The translations under genes and the position numbers were made by a program. 64,000 bases of DNA from Bugula neritina (taxonomy: Eukaryota > Animalia > Bryozoa), in NCBI GenBank assembly GCA_964035545.1, contig OZ037766.1:10158722-10222721 (forward strand). The letters run 5' to 3'. Positions 1-11,300 of this stretch are shown one piece after another. Within the stretch, counting starts at the first letter, position 1, and every line of letters begins with the position of its first letter. The notes beneath the pieces are model-generated. The model was not told the origin of the DNA and did not search any database. It saw nothing but the letters and a program-made list of their open reading frames with translations.

Positions 1-283
1 CATTTACTGTGCACAACAGCTTAATCATTAATAAATTAATTTATAATTGTTTTAGTATTATAATTGTGCATTGTATTATTTTTGTTCAACTTCAACCAGC
101 TTTTCTATTCTAAAGTCACTCAGTGGTGTAGGCAACCTATAGATTACAAGATTACAGACACAATAATCAATCCTCACACGTTTAATAACCTCTGTATAAT
201 ATTAGCAACACAATCGTCTCACAAAGACACAGAGTTCATTACCATTTACTGCTGGCTAGAAGAGAAGTTGAACTGCAACTCAC

Positions 284-1989
284 TTGGCCTAATCTGTAAC
301 GATAGGATATGAGACGCAGTTGCAGTGACTGGTGACCAATATGTGCTGTGGGTGGTTTCAGTGTAACCTTACCACCTGCCTTTGTGCTCACAGTTAGATC
401 TTTCGGATTAATATCAAACACATGGTTGATCACACAGTGCGGAAGTGAGAAGGTCGCAATACTCTACAAAGCAGAATTCTACCAGAAATGTTTCATATCT
501 TACAACTGTTTTTTGCTGGTCCAAAATAAATGAAAGAAACTGAAGTGCTCTGGTATGGGCAGATTCATTGAGAACCCGGTGCAATATTACGAGTGAGCTC
601 ATGAATGTAACATTTTATACATTATTTGCTACAGAAAATAAAGATCATTAGTAAGAATAAATCTCTGTTAATGACAAAAAATCCACCAGAGTAACCTGAA
701 ATCTATCATGCTGAGGTTGCTTATGCAATATTAGTTATACTGACTGAATTCAAGTGTGCGGTCAAATCATCAAGTTAAAGAAAAAGAATATAGCATTTAA
801 GGAAGACAAAAGTGTACCAAAGCAAAGCAAAAATATGGTGCTCATGAAAACTTACGTGAAATAAATTGGATTCACTTAAATTCCAGAATGCCTTGCAAAA
901 ATCTATGCTACAATTTAGGGTTACTTCTACTACCTAAAATAAAGCATCAACATCACATTCTTGTTATCACAAAATACAAAATATATAGTTATTTAAATGA
1001 AGTGTAAAACAGAATAAGTTAACCATGCAAACATCAACAAATGAAAACTAATTACATTGCAGAACTCATTAATTTGAACATGTATACCTTTTCAGCTCTG
1101 TGGTCAGGATTCAAAACATATTTTCTACTAGAGAAAATAGATTTGGCCAATTTCATCACAGCTGGAGTTTTATCTTGATAGTTGTGACTGTAGGATGCCA
1201 AACTAATGTGGACAATCTCGAACGCTCGTTTTAGTGATTCACAATACTACAATATGAAAAAAATGTATACAATGTTTTATACAACTAAATCACTCAGCCT
1301 TCAATAATTTTACGTAAACACAGTGTTACAACTTTGAGAGTTACCTGAAAACCAAGTGAATGACCATAAAAGCATTCTTGGTCAATCATGTCCATTTCCA
1401 TTTGAATCTTATCAGCTACAGCCGAATCCAACAAAGTCTCAGATGGCATGAGTTGACCTAAAGGGCTGTAGTCCATTAACTTTCGAGTGTAGCGCAATAC
1501 ATCTCGGAGTTGACCGAGTGTCATTGTATAGCTATCAAGCTGCTTTACGTAATGTGACAGGCGAAAATTATAGGAATTCTTGTTGACAGAGATATATCGC
1601 ACCAATGCCATTAAATGGGTCAAACAACTTTGAACAACTCTAACTAAACTCCGATAGCCATTTGCCTGACAGTCTCTGAAATCATAATGTGGAGCCAAAT
1701 CTAATAATTCAAAGATGGAACCCTCCATATTTTCCAAGTGATCATAAAGATGACAGAATGTTGAGTAAATTTGATATCCGGTAGACGATTGATGCCATTC
1801 ACTGTCCTCATCACACTTTTCTTGAACAACATAACTTTCGACATAGCAAAGTGCTTCTTGGCGTAGTGCTTTAAAAATTTCTGCCAGTGATCTTCGGTAG
1901 TTATTCTCATGAATACCATCTTCACTCGTAAGAGAATGAGTGGTCTGATGATATTCACTGTTAGAATGTGACCTCCTGAATGCCGTCAT
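284..1989 (-). CDS. LIPE: Hormone-sensitive lipase, N-terminal (HSL_N) coding exons; gene presumably continues off the left edge
   Basis: Phase-consistent GT-AG exons 1989-1345, 1246-1088, 933-856, 463-284. HSL-type motifs ANGYRSL, ECFYGHSLGFQ, FCKAFWNLSE, PPTAHIG..LRLISY. Start ATG at 1989 is inferred; an acceptor at 2056-2057 implies an upstream non-coding exon. Confidence 0.9.
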
Positions 1990-3001
1990 TGTGTAGAAAC
2001 AATGTCTATATCTCTTCTGATAAAACACCGGAAATCAGCTGCTATCTATCCATAGCTACAAAAGAAAGGCAAATTTTAAATGATTATAGCAAATTTTAAG
2101 TTGATATTTTTACAATTCATGTTGATATTCACTGATATCATTGAAATTCAATTAGACATTAATATAAAATAAATGACACCCAACTGAAATTAATATATTC
2201 TAAACATTAGACTTCCTGTCCCTAGGAGCTTTACTCTGGTCGCTACAGTTGAGACTATAACAATTAGATAACTAATTTCAAAGTTTTTGCATTAGATTAT
2301 CCAACAGTGTCATTTTAAACTAAAATAGGAATACCCTTAAATTTCAGTTTGATCATGTTTTGTGGAACACAACCATTAAGCATTTTAACGCAACATCCAC
2401 AAAATCTAGTAACTTATCCTTGCTAACTGAAAAATACTTTGTGAAAAAAAGTAGTAGAATATTCAGTAAAAACTTAGCTGTTTTATTATTACTACAATTG
2501 AGCTTTCTACGCCAAATAATATATGCACAGTATCTAATATAAGCATAATAAATATTTATAAACAATAGATATACATTCACCAAATGTTCACATTTATACT
2601 CAATATGAATATAAATATTATAACAATAATATTTATAATAACAACACTAAATATTATGAGAATACAGTGAGTTATAATTATACCATGGTAAAAGAAAACT
2701 CCAATAAAAATTATAATAATAATTATGATTATCAACATCACTTTTATTTAAGTTTATCACCATCAGTTTTAGTTTAACTGCATTTAGCAAAAACTAATCG
2801 CTAACTCACTATTACTATTAAATTTAGTATGAGTGTATGAGAGTGAAAGCGAGTATTAGTATGATATTGAGTGTAATATTTACTGCATCAGGTTCAGCAA
2901 ACAGAAAATTTACACTTTACAGTTACTAGCTCGCATTTGACTTTCTCCCTTAAGTTCAATTTGAAGTTGAAGTTCATCATAATCACCGTTTTGATTTTAA
3001 T

Positions 3002-3334
3002 TGTTGTTCGGAATCCCGAAGCCCCTGTGGTGTAATGGTTTAGTGCGCCTGCTTGCAAGCTGGAGGTCTGTGGTTTGAATCCCGGTGGGGGCAATTATTT
3101 TACAAGCTATTTCGGCCTTGTCTTGTGGAAGTAATCTCAGGGAGTTGAGTGGAGAGTGGTACCTATAAACTGACAGAGTACATGGTGGGGGGGGGGGGGG
3201 CAGTCCAGTTCTGAAGAAAATTGGGTGGGATGTTGCTTGGAATCCTGAAGCCCCTGTGGTTTAATGATTTAGCGCGCCTGCTTGCAAGCCGGAGGTCTGT
3301 GGTTTGAATCCCGGTGGGGGGCAATTATTTTACA
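3002..3334 (+). mobile_element. Non-autonomous miniature LTR retrotransposon (TRIM) with tRNA-derived LTRs, copy 1
   Basis: Direct repeats 3002-3104 and 3231-3334 (TG...CA, about 92% identical), each with a tRNA-like A-box/B-box cassette. Purine-rich tract 3213-3230 abuts the 3' LTR. Perfect 5-bp TSD TTAAT (2997-3001, 3335-3339). Confidence 0.88.
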
Positions 3335-4408
3335 TTAATTTCATAGATTAATAACAACAAAAATTTAGAGCAAAAGGCAAGTGAACTGTGAGTGTGAATT
3401 CAATCCTCACCATGGGCATGCTTATGCTAAATTAAAACTTGAAGTTGAACTTTAAGTTTATCACAAAATAAAAATGATAAATCTAATCACTGTCACTATC
3501 ACTGAGTATCAGTATCATAATCATAATGATCATCATTATCATTATGATAATGTTTATTGTTTGAAGATCTGTCTCTCAAACTGCAAAATAAAGAAGAGTG
3601 GTAAAAAATGTTACTGTTGGTGTTACTGTTAGGCTGTCACTTTGACTTAGAGCACTGAGTGAGACTTACTCTTAGTGTTAGTCTAACAGTAACTCTAACT
3701 CTAACTAACTCTAACTGTCTAACTCTAAGTCTAAGTCTTACGCTAGCAGTAGCAGGGACTCAAACTCACACCCATAGACTATACAGTATACACTATAATT
3801 GCTTTAATGATCAGCGGTTATATAAATATTAATAATGTTTAATATAAATAACGATACCTATCCTGATACTCACACTGTCACTGTGATACTGATACCAATT
3901 CATTTCTCAATTTTATAAATGCACTGACACTGATTCATAACGATTATTCTGAAATTGGATAAGAAATAGCTTAGGTCTTAAAATCTTCAAACACAGGAAA
4001 TGAGTTCGCAACTAGGCTAACTGAGTGTTAACCAACTTTTTAATTATAATACATAAATAAGCTGAGTCCACAGTCTAATAATTGCTAGTGCTGCTCGAGT
4101 TGTATTCTCGTCGTACAACTGTACTGTGTACACGCTGGTTCAATTTCAGTCAATTATAAACGATGGAAGATTCAACCGATTGAAGAATAAAAGTTCACAG
4201 TATAATCTTTTTAATCACAAGGAAACTACTTCATGTAAAGAATACAGTATAAAAATAGTAATGATATACACATCTATAATTATTACTATTATTAAAATGT
4301 GAAAGGATTCATATTTTCAACGTCACAAAGGCGACATTCAGTAGTTATAATTAGTACTTACAAAACCATTGTTTTCTAAAAATTTACTTAAGTAGACGAA
4401 AATTGCTT

Positions 4409-4530
4409 GAAGCAGCACCAAATTGGAGGTGACTTACAGTTGATGCAGGAGTTGGGGATGGGGTTTGAACAACGATGTGTCTGAAAATACTTATACTATA
4501 CTCAATCACCCCCCAACTTGGTGATGCTTC
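4409..4530. repeat. Degenerate inverted repeat, possible old MITE
   Basis: GAAGCAGCACCAAATTGGAGGTGACT (4409-4434) is an imperfect reverse complement of 4504-4530. No clear TSD. Confidence 0.45.
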
Positions 4531-4775
4531 TAACGATATCCAAACTATATATACTTGTAGCAGTTTCAGTTTGAGATTATCATAATCATGAATGAGTTAA
4601 GCTTTATCATTGTGATTATGGTTATCAATATGAATAGCATTATGATATTATGCATTGAAATTCAAGAATGAATAGCATAGCGAAAGTACTGATAGTGATA
4701 GGGATAAGGATATTGAGTTTTATAATTATTAATTATAATCATAACGTTTATGAATATAATAATAATATAAATATT

Positions 4776-7300
4776 TGTGTTTCGGGACCGGCCCCCGACC
4801 TCCTTGTGAAAGTCGACAGGGATTATCCGTCGTCTCGCCCAACGACGGCCCCACATTTCCTTCTTGGACTGAGGGAAACCGGCCCACCATGGACCCAGCC
4901 GACAGCTCCACCGCGAAGGGATTGACTCACTGCACTAAGATCTCTTCTCGCACAGTCAGCTGGTTTAAGCTGCTGGCGAGTTGGATTCTATCATGAGCGC
5001 CCTCCACCACTCCCAGATCTGCCTACTGTTCACCCTGCAGGGAATAGTGGTGCGGGCGCGTCCAGGTATCGTACAGTTCCGTACTACCTGTACGCCCCCC
5101 ACAAGTGGACAGCCAAACTTGTCGACACAGGTGAGCTCCCACCCAGCAATAACCACCGCAGACTTGCTAAAATCAATATGGCATTCGGGTCTCTTCAAGA
5201 ATGGCATCTCGAGGATAGCACCTCCTTGAGTTGACTGACAATGAACGTCTCCTGAATCGCCTGATCCCGGACACGTCCCGTCAGCCCAACTATGCCATAG
5301 AAGCGAATACACGACCCGTCCGCCAACGTGCCGTGTTCCCCATCGTATGGCTCCAGACCAGCCTTGTCTCTAGCGCTTAGGGTGTTAAGGAGCTGGTGGC
5401 TTAAGAGGTTAGTAGCACACCCTGAATCCAGCAGGAAGGTGACAGTTTTACCGGCTACCTTGCCTGGTAAGAAGTAGCTGCCACCATGGGGTTGTACCCG
5501 CACTCTCCTATTGCGCTCGTTCTTTGCAGGATACACCTCTCTCGCTTTGAGCTTAGGCTGGGGTTGCGTCCGACAGCGGTGGACAGGTCTTCGAGAGAGA
5601 GAGGAAGCATTCCACCAGACACTAAGTCCTGTTACTCCTCCGACTCTGGCTCACACAACCGAAGCTATTGCGGAGTGGCAAGGTGAAGGTAGCAGGCTGG
5701 CCGCACGGCTTGCCTGTCTGTCGTGACACCTACCACTCCTGGGAGGTTGCCCGTCGCGTCTATACGGACTGCTGACGGCTCTCCAGCGGGAGAAGTCTTA
5801 TCTCCGGCCTGCAGCTGGCGGAAGTTCCTGTGGGCCGTGAGAGTTTAACTCCCTCCGCGCTGAAGAGCACTCCTTGCGGCGGTGCCCGAGGCTACCACAC
5901 TCCCAACATGTGGTAGCCCGCTCCCTTGACGGTCCCGCTCGTGACCGCAAGGGTCTGTGAGCAGGCTCAGCTGCTGGAGCCTGAGTGAGCGCCTCCACCA
6001 GTTTTGCCACCATGTCGGTCACTTGTGTGACCTTGGAAGCAGTTGCCAACTGGGTATTGGCGGCAGCCACACGGGTCGTCGCTTCAGTTTTGCTCTGAGC
6101 TGTTGCCAGCTCTGCGTCAACTTGGCAGGGCCCCGCGCGGCTCTTGTGTAATTGGGCGGCCTAGCCTAGGTAGGCCCCACCGTCGCGCAGTGCGTCCTCG
6201 ACCGTCGCGATTCTCCTTGCCAGAAACTGGTGATGGAGACTGAGGTAATTTACCGACTGCACAAAAGCGTCGAAAGTGTACCACTCACGGTTGGCAAGTG
6301 ACAAGTTGCTGTATGTGATCCGTGTCAACTTCTTGACCCTGGCGGCATGCTCCTGCAGTGAGGTGTGCGGATCACGCCGCAACCCCTGTAAGCAGACTCG
6401 CGCATCTCTGGGAGAGATGCTAAATCGAGTCCTCAAAGCAGCAAAGATGCCATCGACATCGGGTCCCAACTCATAGGGTTTGGCCTTCTCTGCCAATGAC
6501 ATCTGCAACTTCGACAGGGCCACGCGAGGTGACCACTGAGTGACTTCTGCCATGTCACTAAATTCTTGAATGTATTGCTCCACATCCTCATTGCCAGTGA
6601 AGACAGGAGCTTTCAGGCGATACCTATCGCCGGGTAACTCCCTGTGAGCCTCCTCGTCCTTCGGCATGGGATTTGTAAGAACAATATTGTTAACAGGCTC
6701 ATCGTCTTTTTGCCGCAAAAACTACGCCAGTTCTTCTGCTATGGCCGGGACTCCTTCGTTGTGTTCCGCCATCATAATCCTTATTGACTGTCCAAATAGC
6801 AGTTGCATTACACACAATTATCCCACTGCTGCCACCACTGTTGTAGCTTTGCGCACTGCTAGATCGGGTGTTATTGCATGATAATAACTACTGCATTTCC
6901 ACTGCGAGGTTATGTGAGGAACCGAGCAAGTCGATCATAGAACGATAGAATTATATTTAGATAATTATACACAAATAAAAATGTGATGCATAAGTAAGAA
7001 AGATTCACAACAGTTAAAGATTACATAGAGTTATCCTGCTGGTTACCATTACTGTCCAAGACTGGCTGTGGGCATCCGAAGGCGTTGCTTATAAAGGAGT
7101 GGTCGACCCTGATTGGTCGACCCTGATTGGTCGACATAGATCTCTGTATTATTGCCCGTATGAACTCACGGTGCTGCCGCATGTAGACGGCATAACTGAA
7201 AGTAGAGACGGCATGACTTGGAGTTGCCTTTCCTGACCATAATCTATTACACTATGTCTATCAGGGGACACTGGGGAGTATACTTTCGCTAGCCATTACA
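4776..7300 (-). mobile_element. Truncated, decayed Gypsy-type LTR retrotransposon (5' LTR, PBS, gag, protease; no RT/RNaseH/integrase or 3' LTR)
   Basis: GC-rich block. Gag-like ORF 6718-6161, zinc knuckle CWECGSLGHRRKEC (Cx2Cx4Hx4C), aspartic protease FLLDSG (5536-5195), with stops and frameshifts. PBS TGGTGGCAGCAGTGGGAT (6837-6820) is complementary to the tRNA-Leu 3' end. Confidence 0.9.
6839..7300 (-). promoter_or_regulatory. 5' LTR of the Gypsy remnant with CCAAT and TATA elements
   Basis: Minus strand begins TGTAATGGCT and ends AGCTACAACA, one base before the PBS. Two CCAAT boxes (7130-7126, 7116-7112) lie upstream of TATAA (7093-7089). Confidence 0.7.
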
Positions 7301-7776
7301 CCATATTCACCACCATTGCTGATTGCCCATACATAATGAGTGTTTAATTTTTAACAAGACAAAAATTCAAACCATTATGAATATTACTATTTCTCCATAA
7401 TAGTGATACTGAGTATTATTACTAGTATTATTATTAGTGTTTATAAAATGCTATTTCTATTAACATTACTATTACTGATGGTATTACTAATTAATGTTAT
7501 AATGATAAGTAGTTGACAAAATTATGATCTATAATTATTAATATAATATCAAATCTAATGGGAATATAAATTATTATATCATTTATATGATTATCATTAT
7601 GAATATTCCACAGTCAATACATATATCTATAAGTATTACAATCCTAAATACTATGTTGATACTTATTATACGTGTATAGTATTAGTTTTGTCTATTAGTG
7701 TTGGTAATACTATGAGTATTCATTATGCCTTTCATAACTGTTATAATTACCAATGTATAGTAATATTATTTATAAG

Positions 7777-7970
7777 TGAGCAAGTGTGATGTAGTGGTCA
7801 GAGCACTAGCCCAGTAAATATGAGGTCAGTAGTTTGAGCCCAAATTCCAGCGACAATGTTAGAATGAGCATTCAGTCATAATTGTTCCTGTGCCACTTAT
7901 GAATAAGTCCTTAGTGTGCTTCAAAAAGAACCTTTTCATCAAGGGTTCTGGATAGTGATCATAAACTTGC
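7777..7970 (+). mobile_element. tRNA-derived SINE, older copy
   Basis: A-box-like TGATGTAGTGG and B-box-like AGTTTGAGCCC. Colinear with the reverse complement of 7984-8206. Confidence 0.7.
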
Positions 7971-7983
7971 ATAAGTTTTTGTG

Positions 7984-8206
7984 AGAAACTCATGCATGCA
8001 AGTTTATAGTCACCATCTCTGTGAGAAACCCTTGATGGAAAGGTTTTTTTTATTAAATCGGGCTAAGGGCTTATTCAGATGGGACACAGAAGCAATTCTA
8101 ACTGGATGCTCTTCCTAACATCACCAATGGCCTTTGTCCGAGTTCAAAACCATGACTTCTCGTTTACTAAGCAAACGGTCTAACCCCTAGACCACTGCTG
8201 CTTCTT
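7984..8206 (-). mobile_element. tRNA-derived SINE of the same family, inserted at the tail of the first copy
   Basis: Minus strand GCAGCAGTGGTCTAGGGGTTAG...GGTTTTGAACTC head and GGAAGAGCATCCAG core. Flanked by near-perfect duplication ATAAGTTTTT(T)GTG at 7971-7983 and 8207-8220. Confidence 0.75.
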
Positions 8207-8312
8207 ATAAGTTTTTTGTGTAAGGCTGATTAAAATAAAATTAACTTGCATTTTTTTATTTTACTTTTTACTAAATATTTTGTGGAAAAAATATTTCAGT
8301 TAAAAGCCCAAT

Positions 8313-11300
8313 ATGCCAGGAAAAAACAAGCAACAGAAAAATGCATTTTACTTCTACATGCAAGAGCTCATGCAAGATTTGAAGAGAGAAGGGAGGGTAT
8401 TTCCAGGAGGCTTGGCTGATGTTGTACCTATCGCCCATCCTCGATTTAAGGTAAGCACAAGCTGCAGGTCATATTTAGGCTGTTGGACCATGATGGTTGC
8501 TGTAAACAATATTTAAATATAGATCTGATAGACATCCAGATTTGATATATTGTTGTAAACAATATATTAAAATTGGATATCCGTCATATCATATCGAGAT
8601 GCTATGTGAACATTTACATTACATTCTAATAGGTTATTAAATTAAACTTTTTTTGGTGTAGGCCCTGGATGACAAAGAAAAGGAAAGGTTTGAGAATATG
8701 GCAAAAGAATTTAAAAAACGTATGCGTGGTCAACCCGGAGATGCTATTAGACAGGATAATGTTGGAAATATAATTGCTGTAAGTTTGTCACGTGCTGAAT
8801 TTGTTTTTTCTATGCATTTTCATATATTTAATTTATTTTTCCACTTGATGAATAATAAGTAATAATTTACTCTTTGAAATATTTTCATGTAGCATAGACG
8901 TGATGATGTCATGGAATATGAAAAAGATCGAGAAAAGGAAATAAAAAGTTTCGTACGAAAATGGCCTCAAGGTATATTGTTTAATGATCGATAATCAATA
9001 TGCTCTGCTTGGCATGTATAAGTAATTTCACAAAATCTTGTATGAAATTATTCTTCATTCTGTTGATCTTGTTTGATTTTTGAATTTTTAGAGCCATCAG
9101 CGTTTTTATACCTTTAGTAACATATTATGTGCAGATAATGAGACATTCGCTATACTATTATCATTGCCACTCTCTTTTAGATCTATCATGGGTAGCAGAG
9201 AAGAAGTTTTATTTTATTGATGTTCAAGCTCTATGCAAAACCCCTGATGATGATTATTTGCCAGTTGAAATTGCTTTAGTGGAGTTTAGTATGAAAGAAG
9301 GCATGATGAAATGCTACCATCAATTTCTAAAGCCAGGAAGTATACCTTCAGGAATGAGATATGAATGCATGAGTAAAAGTTAGTAGGCTTGATTTCTATT
9401 TCTTTAATAACTCTGATAACTGTGTTTATTACATTGCCCAATGCTTATTCTAATATTATTAAATTTTACATTTCATTGCTTTTTCCCTCGACACTCATAC
9501 TCTTCAAGTTTTTATATGCTAATTAGACAATATTAGGGTTTCAACAATTTGCTACCTTGGATTTAAAGATTTGATCCTACTATTTCAGGTTTCACTCTGC
9601 ATGCCAAAGTAATATATAGGCTACTGTATGTAAGATAGTGACTCCTATTTCATTTAGGCGAAGAGACACATCAAATTCCAGTTGAAGGTCACCCGGATGC
9701 CACAAGCAATTATCTTTCTGTGCAGAATAGTATTGAAAACTTCCTCAATCCTGGGGGTGCTTTGTCTCAGTACCCGCCTGTATTTGCTTTGAGGGAAGAA
9801 TGGCGAAAAGTGGAATCGGTCATTGGCCTTATTAGACAAAACTCATGTTTGGGTCCGAGAGCTGCTCATATACCGGTTTGATAGTTTTAAATCTATTCAT
9901 TATTAGTGTTGGTGCTCAAATTTTGAAGTTTCTGGTGCTAATTTGTTTAAGTGAGGTCTTTTTACCGTTACTTGAACGTTTAATAGTGCATAAAATATGC
10001 ATGTAATGCTTGAACTAAACTATTTATGCTCAAGAGGTGCGATAATAGCTTTAAATATGGGTAAATAGTGCATTTTTCCCAATCAAAGTTTGCTATTTAT
10101 GTTGCAACTGTGTTACTCTAAAAATGATATTTTTTTATATTTTTAATTCCATATACTGCCAACTTGATGCAATTAGTTACATTACTATGCTATAATTTTG
10201 TTCAGGTGTATGAATTGGAAAGTCTTTTCATTGCGTTATTGGATCATGCGGGCCAAGCTGCACCAAGCAAACAATACGCTGTTGAAATCCTTACCAGCAC
10301 CACACATGATTTCCAACCTGGTATAAAGTGCAACTTTCATGAAGAGTTGGAATGTCAACATTGTTCCCTTCTTTGGGTTAGAAAATTCTGGTATGTCCAT
10401 TCCATATTTACCATAGCTTAGCATCTTTTCCAGCATTTTATACATTAAAGTTTTATAATCTGCTATCAACTACAGTTTTACTTGAAGAGGTTAAAGTATT
10501 TTCTAAAATATTATCCTCTTTTATAAATCCAACAGGCGGGTGTTGATGGTATTAGACTTATATACTATATTTTAAAGCTAATTTAAATTGAATCATCATT
10601 CTGTTCTATAATCGATTATCACTATTTTTGTTACAGCTTTGCAATTTCTGATGCCATGGTGGATTATTATAATTTCGAAATAAAACCTCGTCGTCATCTG
10701 CCTTCTCGCAAGGTGCAGCAGTTTCAAGCTTCAGTAGATTCTGAAACAAATTGGGTTATGAGCAAACCAAAATCTAACCAAGAAACTAGTTCATCAAAGG
10801 TGTGCCAAACTTTTCTATCATTAACATTGCCATGATAGTTTTAATGTTAAAATATCTCTTGTTGGTAAGTGTGTTTAAATGGTCAAAATTATATCATATT
10901 GTGCTTATTTAGTATAAATTTGTATTACGTGACCTTTAAAAGATTTTTTTGTAAAATTGCTCTACTGTCATTTGCCTTTCGTGCTGGGCTGCCCAGGAAT
11001 TCAAATGTCGGTAAACGCTTTTTTATTAAAAAGCTTATGATTTACTAAATTCACATAGCATAAAGAATCAGGCATGTTGTAAACATGGCAGTGTCTTATG
11101 AATATATTGTTTGAGGTTGAATGAAACCTAAATATCTTTTTGGGACATTTACACACTAGAGTATGCTTCTACAGTGTACACACAACAATACCTATACTTC
11201 TACAGTGTACACACCACAATACCTATACTTCTACAGTGTACACACCACAATACCTATACTTCTACAGTGTACACACCACAATACCTATACTTCTACAGTG

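Noticed and set aside
1-283. Further HSL exons near 136 and 240
   Set aside because: I could not find a phase-consistent acceptor/donor pair with recognisable HSL sequence.
3021-3093. Functional tRNA genes (Ala/Cys-like) here and at about 3250, 59595 and 59822
   Set aside because: The anticodon loop is 6 nt, the stems have mismatches, TTC is changed to TTT in the T loop, and all four lie inside LTRs of a TSD-flanked element.
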